64,000 bases of DNA from an uncultured Bacilli bacterium (GCA_910585045.1 CAJUCD010000006.1:12580-76579), one strand, 5' to 3'. Shown: positions 28,851 through 39,170, numbered from the stretch's first letter. The notes: generated by a model not told the origin, from the sequence alone. Numbers and translations: made by a program.

Positions 28851-29615
28851 ATGGCTAATGTAAAAAGGGTAAAAAGAAGAAGAATTAATTTTAAAGCTGT
28901 TATTTTGTTGCTATTAATAGTTTATTTAATAGTAATGCTTTTATATACTTTTTTTACAATGCCAATAAAAAATATTTATATTAAAAATACTACACTTTTA
29001 AGTGATAATGATGTAATTGAAGTAGCAGGTATTAAAGATTATCCTTCAATTTTTAAGCTTAGTTCAAAAAAGTTAGAGGAGAAAATTCTTTCTTTAGAAT
29101 TAGTAGAAAAAGTTAAAGTTAGTAAAAAATTAAATGGTAAGTTAATTATTGATATAGATGAGGCTGTACCTTTATTTTATGTGAGAAGTACTGATAAAGT
29201 TGTCCTTAGTTCTAAAAAACACGTAAATAATAATAATAAATATTTAGGCATTCCAGCTTTAATTAATAAAGTGCCTAATGATTTACTTAATAAGTTTATT
29301 GAAGCTTTTAAAGAAGTTGATTTAGATATCTTAAAAATGATAAATGAAATAGAGTATAATCCTAATATTAGCGATAATGTAGTTATAGATGATAATCGCT
29401 TTTTACTCAGAATGAATGATACTAATATTGTATATGTCAATGTACTTAATATGAAGAGATTAAATGATTATAAAGAGTTTTTTATGCTTATTGGAGATAA
29501 TAGAGGTATTTTATATTTAGATAGCTATGATAGTGATAATAATTTAGTAGGATTATTTACGTCTTTTGATAGTCAGGTGGGTGAAGATGATAGTGGTAGA
29601 GATCAACAAGATTAA
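28851..29615 (+). CDS. divIB: cell division protein DivIB/FtsQ (POTRA domain)
   Basis: Basic N-terminus, one TM, POTRA-like region; position after murB. Confidence 0.6.
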   Translation: MANVKRVKRRRINFKAVILLLLIVYLIVMLLYTFFTMPIKNIYIKNTTLLSDNDVIEVAGIKDYPSIFKLSSKKLEEKILSLELVEKVKVSKKLNGKLIIDIDEAVPLFYVRSTDKVVLSSKKHVNNNNKYLGIPALINKVPNDLLNKFIEAFKEVDLDILKMINEIEYNPNISDNVVIDDNRFLLRMNDTNIVYVNVLNMKRLNDYKEFFMLIGDNRGILYLDSYDSDNNLVGLFTSFDSQVGEDDSGRDQQD

Positions 29616-30228
29616 TTATCAAAATAAATTGTTAGAATTAGTAAGAGATTTTAAGGATAAACCAACATTATTGTTACATAGTTGTTGTGGTCCTTGTTCG
29701 ACACAGGTTATTGATTTTTTAAAGGATTATTTTATTATTACAGTTTATTATTTTAATCCTAATATTGAGCCACAAGAAGAATATTTAAAAAGAAAAAATG
29801 AACAAATTAGGTTTATTAAGGAATTAAATGAGAAAAATAACTATTTTGTTAAATTTTTGGACTGTGATTATGATAATAATATTTTTAAAGAAATATCTTT
29901 AGGCTTAGAAAAAGAACCAGAAGGTGGAGCTAGATGTGGTAAATGCTTTTATTTAAGAATGTATGAAACTGCACTTAAAGCTAAAGATGAAGGTTATGAA
30001 TATTTTGGAACTACTCTTACTGTTAGTCCGCATAAGAATAGTCAAGTAATTAATAAAATTGGAGAAACTATTGCAAATAATTTGGGGATTAAATATATTT
30101 ATGGAGATTTTAAAAAGAATGATGGCTATAAAAAAAGTATAGAATTTAGTAAAACTTATAATCTATATCGTCAAGATTATTGTGGTTGCTTATTTGGAAA
30201 GGAAACAAGAAATGGAAGTAATAAATAA
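29587..30228 (+). CDS. queH: epoxyqueuosine reductase QueH (DUF208)
   Basis: LLLHSCCGPCS motif and C-terminal CGC; AGGTGG RBS. Confidence 0.7.
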   Translation: MIVVEINKINYQNKLLELVRDFKDKPTLLLHSCCGPCSTQVIDFLKDYFIITVYYFNPNIEPQEEYLKRKNEQIRFIKELNEKNNYFVKFLDCDYDNNIFKEISLGLEKEPEGGARCGKCFYLRMYETALKAKDEGYEYFGTTLTVSPHKNSQVINKIGETIANNLGIKYIYGDFKKNDGYKKSIEFSKTYNLYRQDYCGCLFGKETRNGSNK

Positions 30229-30700
30229 ATATATAACTTTAGTGACTTTTGTGCCTTGGATATTTATTTATATAAAAAGTATTATAGATAATTTAAAGAA
30301 AGATAATTATAAAAAGTTTTCTTTTAAATATTTAAGAAAGAATTTTTTTAAAGTATTTAGATTAGATATTTTGTTGATAGTTATTGTTTTCTTTTATTTT
30401 TCGTCTTTTAAAGTAGGATTTGTAGATAAATATTTATTTGCTGTTATGTGTTTATATATGTTTGTTAATAGTTTTTATGAAGAAAAGATGGAATTAAAAA
30501 AGAATTTTTTTAAAGATAATATGCTTCATTTAATATTATTACTTTTAGTAAGTTTGATTCCATTTTTAGTATATAGTATTAAAAAAGATTTACTATTAAC
30601 TTATAAAATAATGTTAATGTTTCTATTTTTAGAGTATATTATAATTCTAGTAATTAGTTATACAATTATGTTGGGGAAATTACTTTTTAAAATCAAATAA
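30182..30700 (+). CDS. hypothetical polytopic membrane protein
   Basis: 4-5 TM helices, no recognisable motifs. Confidence 0.35.
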   Translation: MVAYLERKQEMEVINKYITLVTFVPWIFIYIKSIIDNLKKDNYKKFSFKYLRKNFFKVFRLDILLIVIVFFYFSSFKVGFVDKYLFAVMCLYMFVNSFYEEKMELKKNFFKDNMLHLILLLLVSLIPFLVYSIKKDLLLTYKIMLMFLFLEYIIILVISYTIMLGKLLFKIK

Positions 30701-30726
30701 AAATTTGCTAATATAGCAAACTTTTT

Positions 30727-31935
30727 TTATATTTCTAATTCTTCATCCATAGATATATCTATTGTTTTTAATACTTCTTCCATAGTAGTTAGTCCCATGA
30801 TAACTTTTTCTAAACCATCTTGAAACATCGTTGTAATATCATCTTTAGCATTATAAACTAGTTTTTTTAACTCTTTTCTTTTGACATTGCTTGTAATAGC
30901 ATCGCGGATATCTTCGTTTATGGTTAATACTTCATGAAGGGCTATACGACCTGTAAAACCATTATGGCAATGTTTACAGCCTGTAGGAAGATATAATTCA
31001 TTTACATCAATATTTAAATGTTTTTTAATTAGTTTTTTTTCATATGATGTAGCAGGTCTGGTACTGCGACATTTTGGACAAAGCTTTTTAACTAGTTTTT
31101 GAGATATAATTCCTGTTAAAGCAGAGCCTAATAAATATCTTTCAACTTGCATATCTAAAAGTCTTTCAATAGTAGTTAAAGAATTATTAGTATGAATAGT
31201 TGATAAAACTAAATGTCCTGTAATACTAGCGCGAATAGCTATACGAGCTGTTTCATCATCACGGATTTCACCAACCATAATAATATCAGGATCTTGTCTT
31301 AATATACTTCTTAAAGTGTGAGAGAAAGTTAATCCAATATCACTTAATACTTGAACTTGATTAATGTTTTCTAGACGCATTTCAACCGGGTCTTCAACTG
31401 TGATAATATTTCGCTCTTTAGTATTTAATTTTTGTAAGAGAGCATAAACAGTAGTAGATTTTCCAGTACCTGTAGCACCAGTAACAAGAATAAGTCCGTT
31501 GGGATTTTCAATCATTTGGTTGATTTTAGTTAAATTGTTTCTTGAAAAACCAAGAGTATCTAAACCGTTTAAGCTCATACTATAATCGAGAATACGAATA
31601 ACAATTTTTTCACCATCTATAACAGGTAATGATGAAACACGTAAATCTAGAGTAATATCGTTAATAGCATTTTTGATAGCCCCATCTTGAGGTAATCTAG
31701 TTTCTGTTATATTCATACCACTTATAATCTTGATTCTAGTAATAACATTTTTAGTTAATGTAAGAGGAATCTTAGTATAGTCTTCTAGTTCACCATCAAT
31801 TCTAATTCTAACTAAAAGAGAATCGGGAGTTGGGTCAAAATGAATATCACTAGCTTTTCTTTTAATAGAATCAACAATAATGGTATTTACAATATCTACA
31901 ATAGAGTTTTGTTCAAAGTCAAATATTCTTATCAC
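30727..31935 (-). CDS. GspE/PilB/ComGA-family type II/IV secretion ATPase (orphan)
   Basis: Walker A GATGTGKST, Asp/His boxes (IMVGEIRDDETA; LVLSTIHTN), C-terminal tetracysteine CPKC...CKHC; no adjacent platform or pilin genes. Confidence 0.8.
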   Translation of the reverse strand: MIRIFDFEQNSIVDIVNTIIVDSIKRKASDIHFDPTPDSLLVRIRIDGELEDYTKIPLTLTKNVITRIKIISGMNITETRLPQDGAIKNAINDITLDLRVSSLPVIDGEKIVIRILDYSMSLNGLDTLGFSRNNLTKINQMIENPNGLILVTGATGTGKSTTVYALLQKLNTKERNIITVEDPVEMRLENINQVQVLSDIGLTFSHTLRSILRQDPDIIMVGEIRDDETARIAIRASITGHLVLSTIHTNNSLTTIERLLDMQVERYLLGSALTGIISQKLVKKLCPKCRSTRPATSYEKKLIKKHLNIDVNELYLPTGCKHCHNGFTGRIALHEVLTINEDIRDAITSNVKRKELKKLVYNAKDDITTMFQDGLEKVIMGLTTMEEVLKTIDISMDEELEI

Positions 31936-32123
31936 AATTTACCACCTTATTCTATAAATATTATAGCATAGTAATATTATTTAGGCTAGGGAATATATTT
32001 TTTAATTAAATGTTTTTTGGTTTATTAGTAAAATTTAATAGATAGACTTTGAAAAAGAAATAGAGAAATATAAAGATAATTGTTAGTTTTTCTTTCTTTT
32101 CATTTTTAGTTATAATTGTTATA

Positions 32124-33356
32124 ATGTTTTTAGGTGGTATTATGTATCAAAATATTGTAATAGAAAGTTTAGACCATTATGGAAGAGGTATTGCTCATAT
32201 TGATTCAAAAGTAGTTTTTGTTGAAAATGCTTTACCTGATGAAATTGTTGATATAGAAGTTACTAGTTCTAAGAAGAAATTTAGTTTAGCTAAAGTGGTA
32301 AAATATATAAAAATTAGTCCTAAAAGAATAGATAGTAAATGTCTTTATTTTGGTATGTGTGGTGGTTGTAATTTGCTTAATTTACAATATGATAATACAT
32401 TAGATTTTAAATTAAATAAAATAAGAGAACTATTAACTAAAAATAGAATTATTTATAATGGTAATTTTGATGTTATAGAAAATAAAAATAAATATAATTA
32501 TCGAAATAAAATCAGTTTAAAGATAGTAAATGGTAAAATAGGCTTTTTTCAAGATAAAACTCATGATTTAGTTATGATAGATGATTGTTTGGTTGCGCAT
32601 AAAGTAATAAATAAAATTATTAAAAACTATAAACTTTTAAATGTGCAGAATGGTGAACTTATTGTTAGAGTAAATTCTAATGATGAAGTTTTATTAATTA
32701 TAAAAAGTAATGATAATAATTATGATATAGAGTTAGGAAAATTAAAAGAGTTAGTTAAATTAGTAGGAATAGTTTATAATGATAAAACTATATTTGGCGA
32801 TAATTTCTTTTATGAGCGAGTAGGAGGTTTTTTATTTAAAGTTTCTTATAATTCTTTTTTTCAGGTTAATAGATATATTTGTGAAGTTTTATTTAATTTG
32901 ATTAAAGATAAAGTTCTAGAAGATGATAATGTATTAGATTTGTATTGTGGTGTTGGAACATTAGGAATTGTAGCAAGTAAAAAGGCTAAAAGTGTTATTG
33001 GGATAGAAATTATTGAAAATGCAGTTTTAAATGGAGTTTTTAATGCTCAAATTAATAAATGTAATAATATTAAATTTATGTTGGGTGATGTTTCTAAAAC
33101 TGTTAATAAATTGAATATTGAATTTGATACTTTAATTGTTGACCCTCCCCGTAAAGGTTTAGATTATAATACTATTCAGTTTATTAAAGATAATAAATTT
33201 AAAAAGATTATTTATGTATCTTGTGACCCAAATACTTTAATGCGAGATTTAAAGTCATTAAGCGATATTTATAAAATAGATGAATATAAAGTTTTAGATA
33301 TGTTTAGTTATAGTTATCATGTGGAAAGCTTTTGTTTATTAGAATATGTTAATTAA
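32124..33356 (+). CDS. rlmD: 23S rRNA (uracil-C5)-methyltransferase RlmD/RumA family (TRAM + SAM MTase)
   Basis: TRAM N-terminus, Fe-S Cys (CLYFGMCGGC), SAM motif LDLYCGVGT, DPPRKG; start may instead be the second ATG at 32142. Confidence 0.75.
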   Translation: MFLGGIMYQNIVIESLDHYGRGIAHIDSKVVFVENALPDEIVDIEVTSSKKKFSLAKVVKYIKISPKRIDSKCLYFGMCGGCNLLNLQYDNTLDFKLNKIRELLTKNRIIYNGNFDVIENKNKYNYRNKISLKIVNGKIGFFQDKTHDLVMIDDCLVAHKVINKIIKNYKLLNVQNGELIVRVNSNDEVLLIIKSNDNNYDIELGKLKELVKLVGIVYNDKTIFGDNFFYERVGGFLFKVSYNSFFQVNRYICEVLFNLIKDKVLEDDNVLDLYCGVGTLGIVASKKAKSVIGIEIIENAVLNGVFNAQINKCNNIKFMLGDVSKTVNKLNIEFDTLIVDPPRKGLDYNTIQFIKDNKFKKIIYVSCDPNTLMRDLKSLSDIYKIDEYKVLDMFSYSYHVESFCLLEYVN

Positions 33357-33374
33357 GTAAAAGGAAAAAGATAG

Positions 33375-33923
33375 ATGAAAGAAAATTTAAGATTAGAATT
33401 TAAAAAATTAAGAAATGATATAGAAGATAAAACTTTAAAAGATGAAAGAATTTGTATTAATTTTTTAAATTCTAAATTGTATCAAAATGCTGAAGTAGTA
33501 TTATGTTATTATCCTTTAAGTAATGAAATAAATACAATTAAAATTATAAAAACATGCTTTAAAGATAATAAAAAAATAGCTTTGCCAGTATGTTTAGAAG
33601 ATAATAAAATTGGTTTTTATTATATTAATAATTTGGATGATGTAGCTAAGGGTAAGTATGATATAATGGAACCTTTAATTAAAAGATGTGAAAAAGTAAC
33701 TGATTTTGGCGAGTGTGTACTTATTGTTCCTGGCTTGGCTTTTGATATTAAAGGATATCGTCTAGGTTATGGAAAAGGCTATTATGATAGGTTTTTAAGT
33801 GAAAACAAAATATTAACTGTAGGTTTTTGCTATAATAAATTTATTGTAAATGAATTACCTATAAATCAATTTGATAAAAAAGTTGAATATATTTGTAGTG
33901 AAAATGGTTTATGTAGTTTATAA
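33375..33923 (+). CDS. 5-formyltetrahydrofolate cyclo-ligase
   Basis: Size and the GLAFDIKGYRLGYGKGYYDR signature. Confidence 0.75.
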   Translation: MKENLRLEFKKLRNDIEDKTLKDERICINFLNSKLYQNAEVVLCYYPLSNEINTIKIIKTCFKDNKKIALPVCLEDNKIGFYYINNLDDVAKGKYDIMEPLIKRCEKVTDFGECVLIVPGLAFDIKGYRLGYGKGYYDRFLSENKILTVGFCYNKFIVNELPINQFDKKVEYICSENGLCSL

Positions 33924-33943
33924 TGAAATTAATGGAGGAAAAA

Positions 33944-34492
33944 ATGAATTTATATATTAGTGGTAGTAATAGAAAACATAATAGTTATAATTTTTTAAAT
34001 AGAATTAAAAATGTAGATGATATTTTGATTTCTTTAGGGGACTTGAATATTAAATATTGTGGTGGATGTAATGATTGCGCTAAGAATGAATTTAATAAGT
34101 GTATTTTAAAAGATGACATGGATAAAATTTATAAAGCAATAAGCGAATGTAATAAAATCATTGTTATGAGCCCAATTTATATGAATCAAATAACAGGGAT
34201 TTTAAAAAATGTGATAGATAGATTTAATCCATATTGTTCTAGTGAAAAATTAAAGAATAAAAAGCTGTTTTTAATTACAGTTGGACAGATGAGTGAAGAA
34301 GAACAAGCTGAAGTAGTTAATGATATAAATAATTATTTTGAAGGTATAAGCGAATTTCTTTATTTTGATTTTGAATATTTATATAACTTTAGTAGTGGTG
34401 ATATATTAGAATTAGATGATATAAATAAGACGTATAAAGAAGAAGACTTAAATAGTATTATTAATGAAATAAAAAGTAAAATTAATGATTAA
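33944..34492 (+). CDS. iron-sulfur flavoprotein (Isf-like) / flavodoxin-fold FMN reductase
   Basis: Flavodoxin-like N-terminus and compact CGGCNDC-x7-C cluster; GGAGG RBS. Confidence 0.45.
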   Translation: MNLYISGSNRKHNSYNFLNRIKNVDDILISLGDLNIKYCGGCNDCAKNEFNKCILKDDMDKIYKAISECNKIIVMSPIYMNQITGILKNVIDRFNPYCSSEKLKNKKLFLITVGQMSEEEQAEVVNDINNYFEGISEFLYFDFEYLYNFSSGDILELDDINKTYKEEDLNSIINEIKSKIND

Positions 34493-34506
34493 TTTAGGAT
34501 GGTAAT

Positions 34507-35097
34507 ATGAACTATGTATATACAGAAAAAGATTTAGCATTAATATCATGGGAATTAATAGATAAATTTATTGATAAATTATATGATGATATTATTAATT
34601 ATTTAAAAAAAGAGAATTTAGTAATTAAATATATAGTGCCAATTATGAGAGGTGGAGGTGTACCAGCTATTAAGTTGTCACATATGTTTAATGTAATAGA
34701 TATGTTGCCAATACAGTTAAAATATAATCATGAAACTTGTAATGTAGATTTGAAGATAGACTTAGATAACTATCAAGTTGATAAATTGAATGATAAAGAG
34801 TGTATTTTACTTATAGAAGGAAATCATGTTACAGGAAAGACTGCTAATATCGCTGCTTCGCAAATTCGGCATAAATTTGGTGATAATGTGAAAATAATAT
34901 ATATTTCTTTAACTAGAGATTATACTTATAGGAACAGTGTTCAAGGAGTTTGTTATACAACTTGGGCTATGACTACTAATGAAACTAAGCAATTAACTGT
35001 TGAAGAATGCAATAAATTAAATATTGATTATAATTTGGTTTCGGTATATCCTTGGGAAAATAATCAAGAAGAATTAAAAGAATTAAAAGCAGAATAA
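34507..35097 (+). CDS. phosphoribosyltransferase-like protein
   Basis: PRTase-like PRPP loop ILLIEGNHVTGKTA and RGGGVPA loop. Confidence 0.4.
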   Translation: MNYVYTEKDLALISWELIDKFIDKLYDDIINYLKKENLVIKYIVPIMRGGGVPAIKLSHMFNVIDMLPIQLKYNHETCNVDLKIDLDNYQVDKLNDKECILLIEGNHVTGKTANIAASQIRHKFGDNVKIIYISLTRDYTYRNSVQGVCYTTWAMTTNETKQLTVEECNKLNIDYNLVSVYPWENNQEELKELKAE

Positions 35098-35170
35098 ATA
35101 ATATGTAAAGTCCTTATTGATAGGGCTTTTTCTTATACTTATTTGATGTATAATTATGTTAGAGGTAATT

Positions 35171-36535
35171 ATGAGAAGTAGTATTAAATTAAGTGAAAAA
35201 GGGAAAAAATTTTTTACCAGTTTATTAATTTTAGTAATGGTTATTTTTTTAGCTATTTGTAATACTCCTAAAAAAGATTATAAACATGAAATTTTAGAAG
35301 GAGATAATTATAGTTTAAAAATTGATTATCCAGATATTAAAAATAAATTAATAGCTAAAGAGGCAATAAGTTTTATTGATGATAGAAAAAAAGAATTTAT
35401 TAACAGTATAAAAGATTTGGAGAAAAAAGAATCAAAATATGATTTTTCAGTTACATATAATTTAAGTAGTTATAATAATATAGATGTTCTTCATTTGCTT
35501 ATTTTTTCTTATACAGGTGGAGCACATTATATAAGAGAAGATAAGTCTTATTATTATAATAATCAAACAGGTAAAGAATTAACTTTGAATGATTTATTAG
35601 CTAGTGATGATAGTTTGTCTAAATTATCAAATTTGGCTTATTATTATGTAATGGAATATAGTCATAATAATAGTTTAAATTTATCAGAAGAAATGGTTAG
35701 AGAAGGGACAGAAGCTAAGTTAGATAATTTTTTACATTTTACATTTATTCAGGAAGGTTTAGAAATTTTATTTCCACCGTATCATGTAGCAGCATGGGCT
35801 TATGGTGAGATTAAAATAATTATTCCTTATAATGAATTAAGAGAAGTGATAAAAGAGGAGTATATTATACCTCATGGAAATAATAATGAAGAAACAATAA
35901 ATCCTAAAGTGCGTTCTTTGGATGAATTTCAAGGAAAAAAATTAATTGCTTTTACTTTTGATGATGGTCCTGCTTTAAAATCAACAAATAAACTTTTGGA
36001 TAATTTAGATAAATATAATGCAAGAGTGACTTTTTTTGTGTTAGGTAGTCGGGTTAATCAGTATAAAGATACTCTTAAAAAAGCTTATTTACAAGGAAAT
36101 CAAATAGGTAGTCATACTTATAGTCATCTTAATTTATTGAAATTAAATGATTATGATATTATAAGAGAGATTAAAAATACTAATAAAGTTATTAAAGATA
36201 TTATAGGAGTTGAACCTACTTTACTTAGACCTCCTTATGGTAATATTAATAAAGAAATAAAGAGCTTAGCGGATATGTATACAATTTTATGGGATATAGA
36301 TACAGAAGATTGGAAGTTAAAAGATAAGAATAAAATAGCGGAGAATATTGTTAAATATGCTCATGATGGAGCAATTGTTTTATTACATGATTTGTATGAT
36401 ACTTCAATTGAAGGAGCTTTATTGGCAATGGAACAGCTGATTAAAGAAGATTATGCTTTTGTGACTATTGAAGAAATGATAAAATTAAAAAATATAAATT
36501 TAGATAAAGAAAAATCTTATTTTAGTATTAAATAA
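35171..36535 (+). CDS. polysaccharide deacetylase with N-terminal DUF3298/DUF4163 (RsiV-like) domain
   Basis: N-terminal TM; C-terminal NodB-type motifs FTFDDGP, HTYSH, LLRPPYG. Confidence 0.6.
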   Translation: MRSSIKLSEKGKKFFTSLLILVMVIFLAICNTPKKDYKHEILEGDNYSLKIDYPDIKNKLIAKEAISFIDDRKKEFINSIKDLEKKESKYDFSVTYNLSSYNNIDVLHLLIFSYTGGAHYIREDKSYYYNNQTGKELTLNDLLASDDSLSKLSNLAYYYVMEYSHNNSLNLSEEMVREGTEAKLDNFLHFTFIQEGLEILFPPYHVAAWAYGEIKIIIPYNELREVIKEEYIIPHGNNNEETINPKVRSLDEFQGKKLIAFTFDDGPALKSTNKLLDNLDKYNARVTFFVLGSRVNQYKDTLKKAYLQGNQIGSHTYSHLNLLKLNDYDIIREIKNTNKVIKDIIGVEPTLLRPPYGNINKEIKSLADMYTILWDIDTEDWKLKDKNKIAENIVKYAHDGAIVLLHDLYDTSIEGALLAMEQLIKEDYAFVTIEEMIKLKNINLDKEKSYFSIK

Positions 36536-36633
36536 TAAAATGTTGTTTATAATAATGGTAAACTGATGTAAAGCACAATTGATTTAAAGTTAGTATTGTG
36601 ATATTATATTTGATAGTAAAGGAGTAGAGAAAT

Positions 36634-37041
36634 ATGCCTAAGGAATTAGTAGCTATGCAAATGAAATTTTTAGAATCTCATATAGGAGATGAAGGCGTTT
36701 GTATTTATTATGAAAAAGGAGAACGTAAGGAAATAAAAGGCCCTATTAAATTAGTTGAACCTTTTGATAGAATTGTAATTGGTACATATTCGTTACCATT
36801 TGTAGGCGCTTCTATAATTATTGAACAGGTAGCGGCTAATGGGTCTAGTGTTTATTATTATTCTGGAGCTAAAGATTATATTCAACTTTTTGAAACTGAT
36901 CATTATGGACTTGTTATGGCTCAAAAGGAAATATTGGGTTATAGTGTTAAAGATGTTTCTATGAATGCTTCGTACAATGAGGCTTCTGAAGATCAAAAAC
37001 CACAGTCAATTCCTGGTGGTAGAGGTTACCATAAATTTTAG
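36634..37041 (+). CDS. hypothetical protein (135 aa)
   Basis: ORF with AGGAG RBS. Confidence 0.4.
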   Translation: MPKELVAMQMKFLESHIGDEGVCIYYEKGERKEIKGPIKLVEPFDRIVIGTYSLPFVGASIIIEQVAANGSSVYYYSGAKDYIQLFETDHYGLVMAQKEILGYSVKDVSMNASYNEASEDQKPQSIPGGRGYHKF

Positions 37042-37359
37042 AAATATATAACACATATATTTATGTATTTGGACATGATTAATATCATGTCTTTTTTAAT
37101 TAAGTTTTAATAATAAAGCGTTTTTTATATTAAATGTTAGTAAAAAATAAATGCAATATTTAATAAAAAAATTTTATTAATAATAACAAACAAACGAATT
37201 GCTTACTGTGAAATTAGTTTGCTAATATTTATTTATAGGTCAAGGGTTTTAGTAAATATTGACGTACTCTTGATTTAAAATAAATAATAAATTAAAGAAT
37301 TAAATGCAAGTTTTAAAAAGGGGCATTTAATTCTTGAAGTAATAAGTTTTTTTTAAAAT

Positions 37360-37388
37360 TTGACAAGGGGGGGGGGTTATGTTATAAT
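37360..37388 (+). promoter_or_regulatory. consensus sigma-A promoter with a G10 homopolymer in the spacer (candidate slipped-strand phase-variation switch)
   Basis: TTGACA (37360-37365), 17-nt spacer aGGGGGGGGGGttatgt, TATAAT (37383-37388); G10 at 37367-37376 in a ~27% GC genome. Confidence 0.6.
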
Positions 37389-37416
37389 GTTGGCATAAAA
37401 AAAGGGGTAATGGTTG

Positions 37417-38397
37417 ATGAATAATAAGGGGTTATTATATTCAAATACAAATTTTTCGGAGATTCCGAGAAATGATATTTTAGATTTTTTAAATTTGATT
37501 TCAAAGTTTGAAATACCTTATAGAGATAGTTTAAATCTTCCTAGTTCAGCGTCTTTTGGTGTTGAAATAGAATATGAAGGTATGGATAAAGCAAAAGCTG
37601 ATAAGTTTGTTAATATTCTTGGTGGTTGGGAATCTACTATAGATTCTACTTTGGAGTCTGGTGGAGAGATTGTTTCTTCAAGATTATCTGATGAGAAAAG
37701 AGTATGGCAAGATTTATATTTGATTTGTGAACTTTTAAAATGTAATGATGCAAAGACAGATAAAAATGCAGGATTACATGTTAGCGTAGGGACACATTTA
37801 TTAGGTAGAGATTACCATTCATGGGAACTATTAGCTAAAATATATATGCTTTATGAAAGAGTTTTAGTAAGATTTGCTAAAGGCGATAAACATAGAATGC
37901 GTGATACTTTTATATATTTTGCTAGACCATTAGGGTTGAAAATGCTACAACAACGTAATTTATTAGAAAAAAGAAGATTAGGAAGTATAAAAAGCTTTTT
38001 GGAAGATTATGAAGAAAATAAAAAAGGTGCTATTAATTTTAGAAGTTTAGATTTTTCTCGTGCTATGAGTCCATATAATACTTTTGAATTGCGTTTATTT
38101 AATTCTACTACTGATAATTGCGTTATTCAAAATGATGTAAATGCAACATTAAAAATGACATTAGCAGCGGCTAATAAATCTGTTGATAGTGATTTATTGA
38201 GTGAGAGATTAGATAGATTAGAAGCTCAAAAACTTACAGGTCAGGAATATTTGCATCAGTGTAATAATGTATTATTAAGAGATGCTTTTGAGTTCGTTGA
38301 TTTGATTTTTGATAACGATTTAGATAAAGTGTGTTTTTTAAAGCAATATTTAGGAGATTCTAGTCTTGTTACAATGGCATCAGGGAGAAGTGCCTAA
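37417..38397 (+). CDS. putative amidoligase (Amidoligase_2/PF12224-like, GS/GCS-fold)
   Basis: N-terminal FGVEIEYEG block; conserved neighbourhood with an AIG2/GGCT gene described for this family in Firmicutes; stop overlaps the next start. Confidence 0.45.
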   Translation: MNNKGLLYSNTNFSEIPRNDILDFLNLISKFEIPYRDSLNLPSSASFGVEIEYEGMDKAKADKFVNILGGWESTIDSTLESGGEIVSSRLSDEKRVWQDLYLICELLKCNDAKTDKNAGLHVSVGTHLLGRDYHSWELLAKIYMLYERVLVRFAKGDKHRMRDTFIYFARPLGLKMLQQRNLLEKRRLGSIKSFLEDYEENKKGAINFRSLDFSRAMSPYNTFELRLFNSTTDNCVIQNDVNATLKMTLAAANKSVDSDLLSERLDRLEAQKLTGQEYLHQCNNVLLRDAFEFVDLIFDNDLDKVCFLKQYLGDSSLVTMASGRSA

Positions 38398-38861
38398 TGA
38401 ATGATAAGAAATATTATTTAGCTTATGGTAGTAATCTAAATTTATTAAGAAATAGATGTCCATATATTGAATATGTAGGAGCAACTGTTTTAGATGGGTA
38501 TGCTTTAGCTTTTAGAGGTTCTTGTGATAATTATGCATATCTTACAATCGAACCTCAAAAAGATGGAATTGTTCCAGTAGGTATTTTTAAGATTAGTAGG
38601 GAAGAAGAGCAAGCTTTAGATTATTATGAAGGGTTTCCATTATTATATGGTAAAGTATATATGCCTATAACTATTGCTGGTGAAGATATAGAAGCATTAA
38701 TATATGTTATGAATAGAAGGTATAGTTATCACATTCCTTCACAAGACTATTTTGTTGAATGCTTGCGTGGATATATGCATTTTAAATTTGATTTAACATT
38801 ATTGTCAGAAGCTTTTAGAAGGTCTAGTGATAATAGAGGTCTTATAAGAATAAAAAAATAA
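38397..38861 (+). CDS. AIG2/gamma-glutamyl cyclotransferase-like protein
   Basis: YLAYGSNLN N-terminal motif, catalytic-Glu region DYYEGFP; 154 aa. Confidence 0.65.
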   Translation: MNDKKYYLAYGSNLNLLRNRCPYIEYVGATVLDGYALAFRGSCDNYAYLTIEPQKDGIVPVGIFKISREEEQALDYYEGFPLLYGKVYMPITIAGEDIEALIYVMNRRYSYHIPSQDYFVECLRGYMHFKFDLTLLSEAFRRSSDNRGLIRIKK

Positions 38862-38873
38862 CACTTTAAGGTG

Positions 38874-39035
38874 TTATTTTTCAATTGTTCTAGCTTCTCT
38901 AGCACTGATTCTAACTTTATTTCCATTAATAGTCTTTTTTTGAATATTAGGTTTTTGTTTTGTTTTTGTTGCGTTTAGTGCATGACTTCTTTTGTTACCT
39001 GATAAAGGTTTCTTTGTTGTAACTTTCTTTGCCAT
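38874..39035 (-). CDS. rpmB: 50S ribosomal protein L28
   Basis: Manual translation (53 aa): MAKKVTTKKPLSGNKRSHALNATKTKQKPNIQKKTINGNKVRISAREARTIEK, with the L28 core GN.RSHALNAT; below the ORF-track size cutoff. Confidence 0.8.
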   Translation of the reverse strand: MAKKVTTKKPLSGNKRSHALNATKTKQKPNIQKKTINGNKVRISAREARTIEK

Positions 39036-39141
39036 TTCGCCACCTCCAAAATTTGTTTACTTATAAAACTTTACCATAATAAGAGGGAAAAGTCAATTTA
39101 ATTATATGAGTTTATTAATATAATATGGAGAAAAATAAAAT

Positions 39142-39170
39142 TTGACTTGTAGTTTTTACCGTGATATAAT
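39142..39170 (+). promoter_or_regulatory. sigma-A promoter for the 39197 gene
   Basis: TTGACT, 17-nt spacer, TGaTATAAT; followed by an AAAGGAGGGG RBS. Confidence 0.5.
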
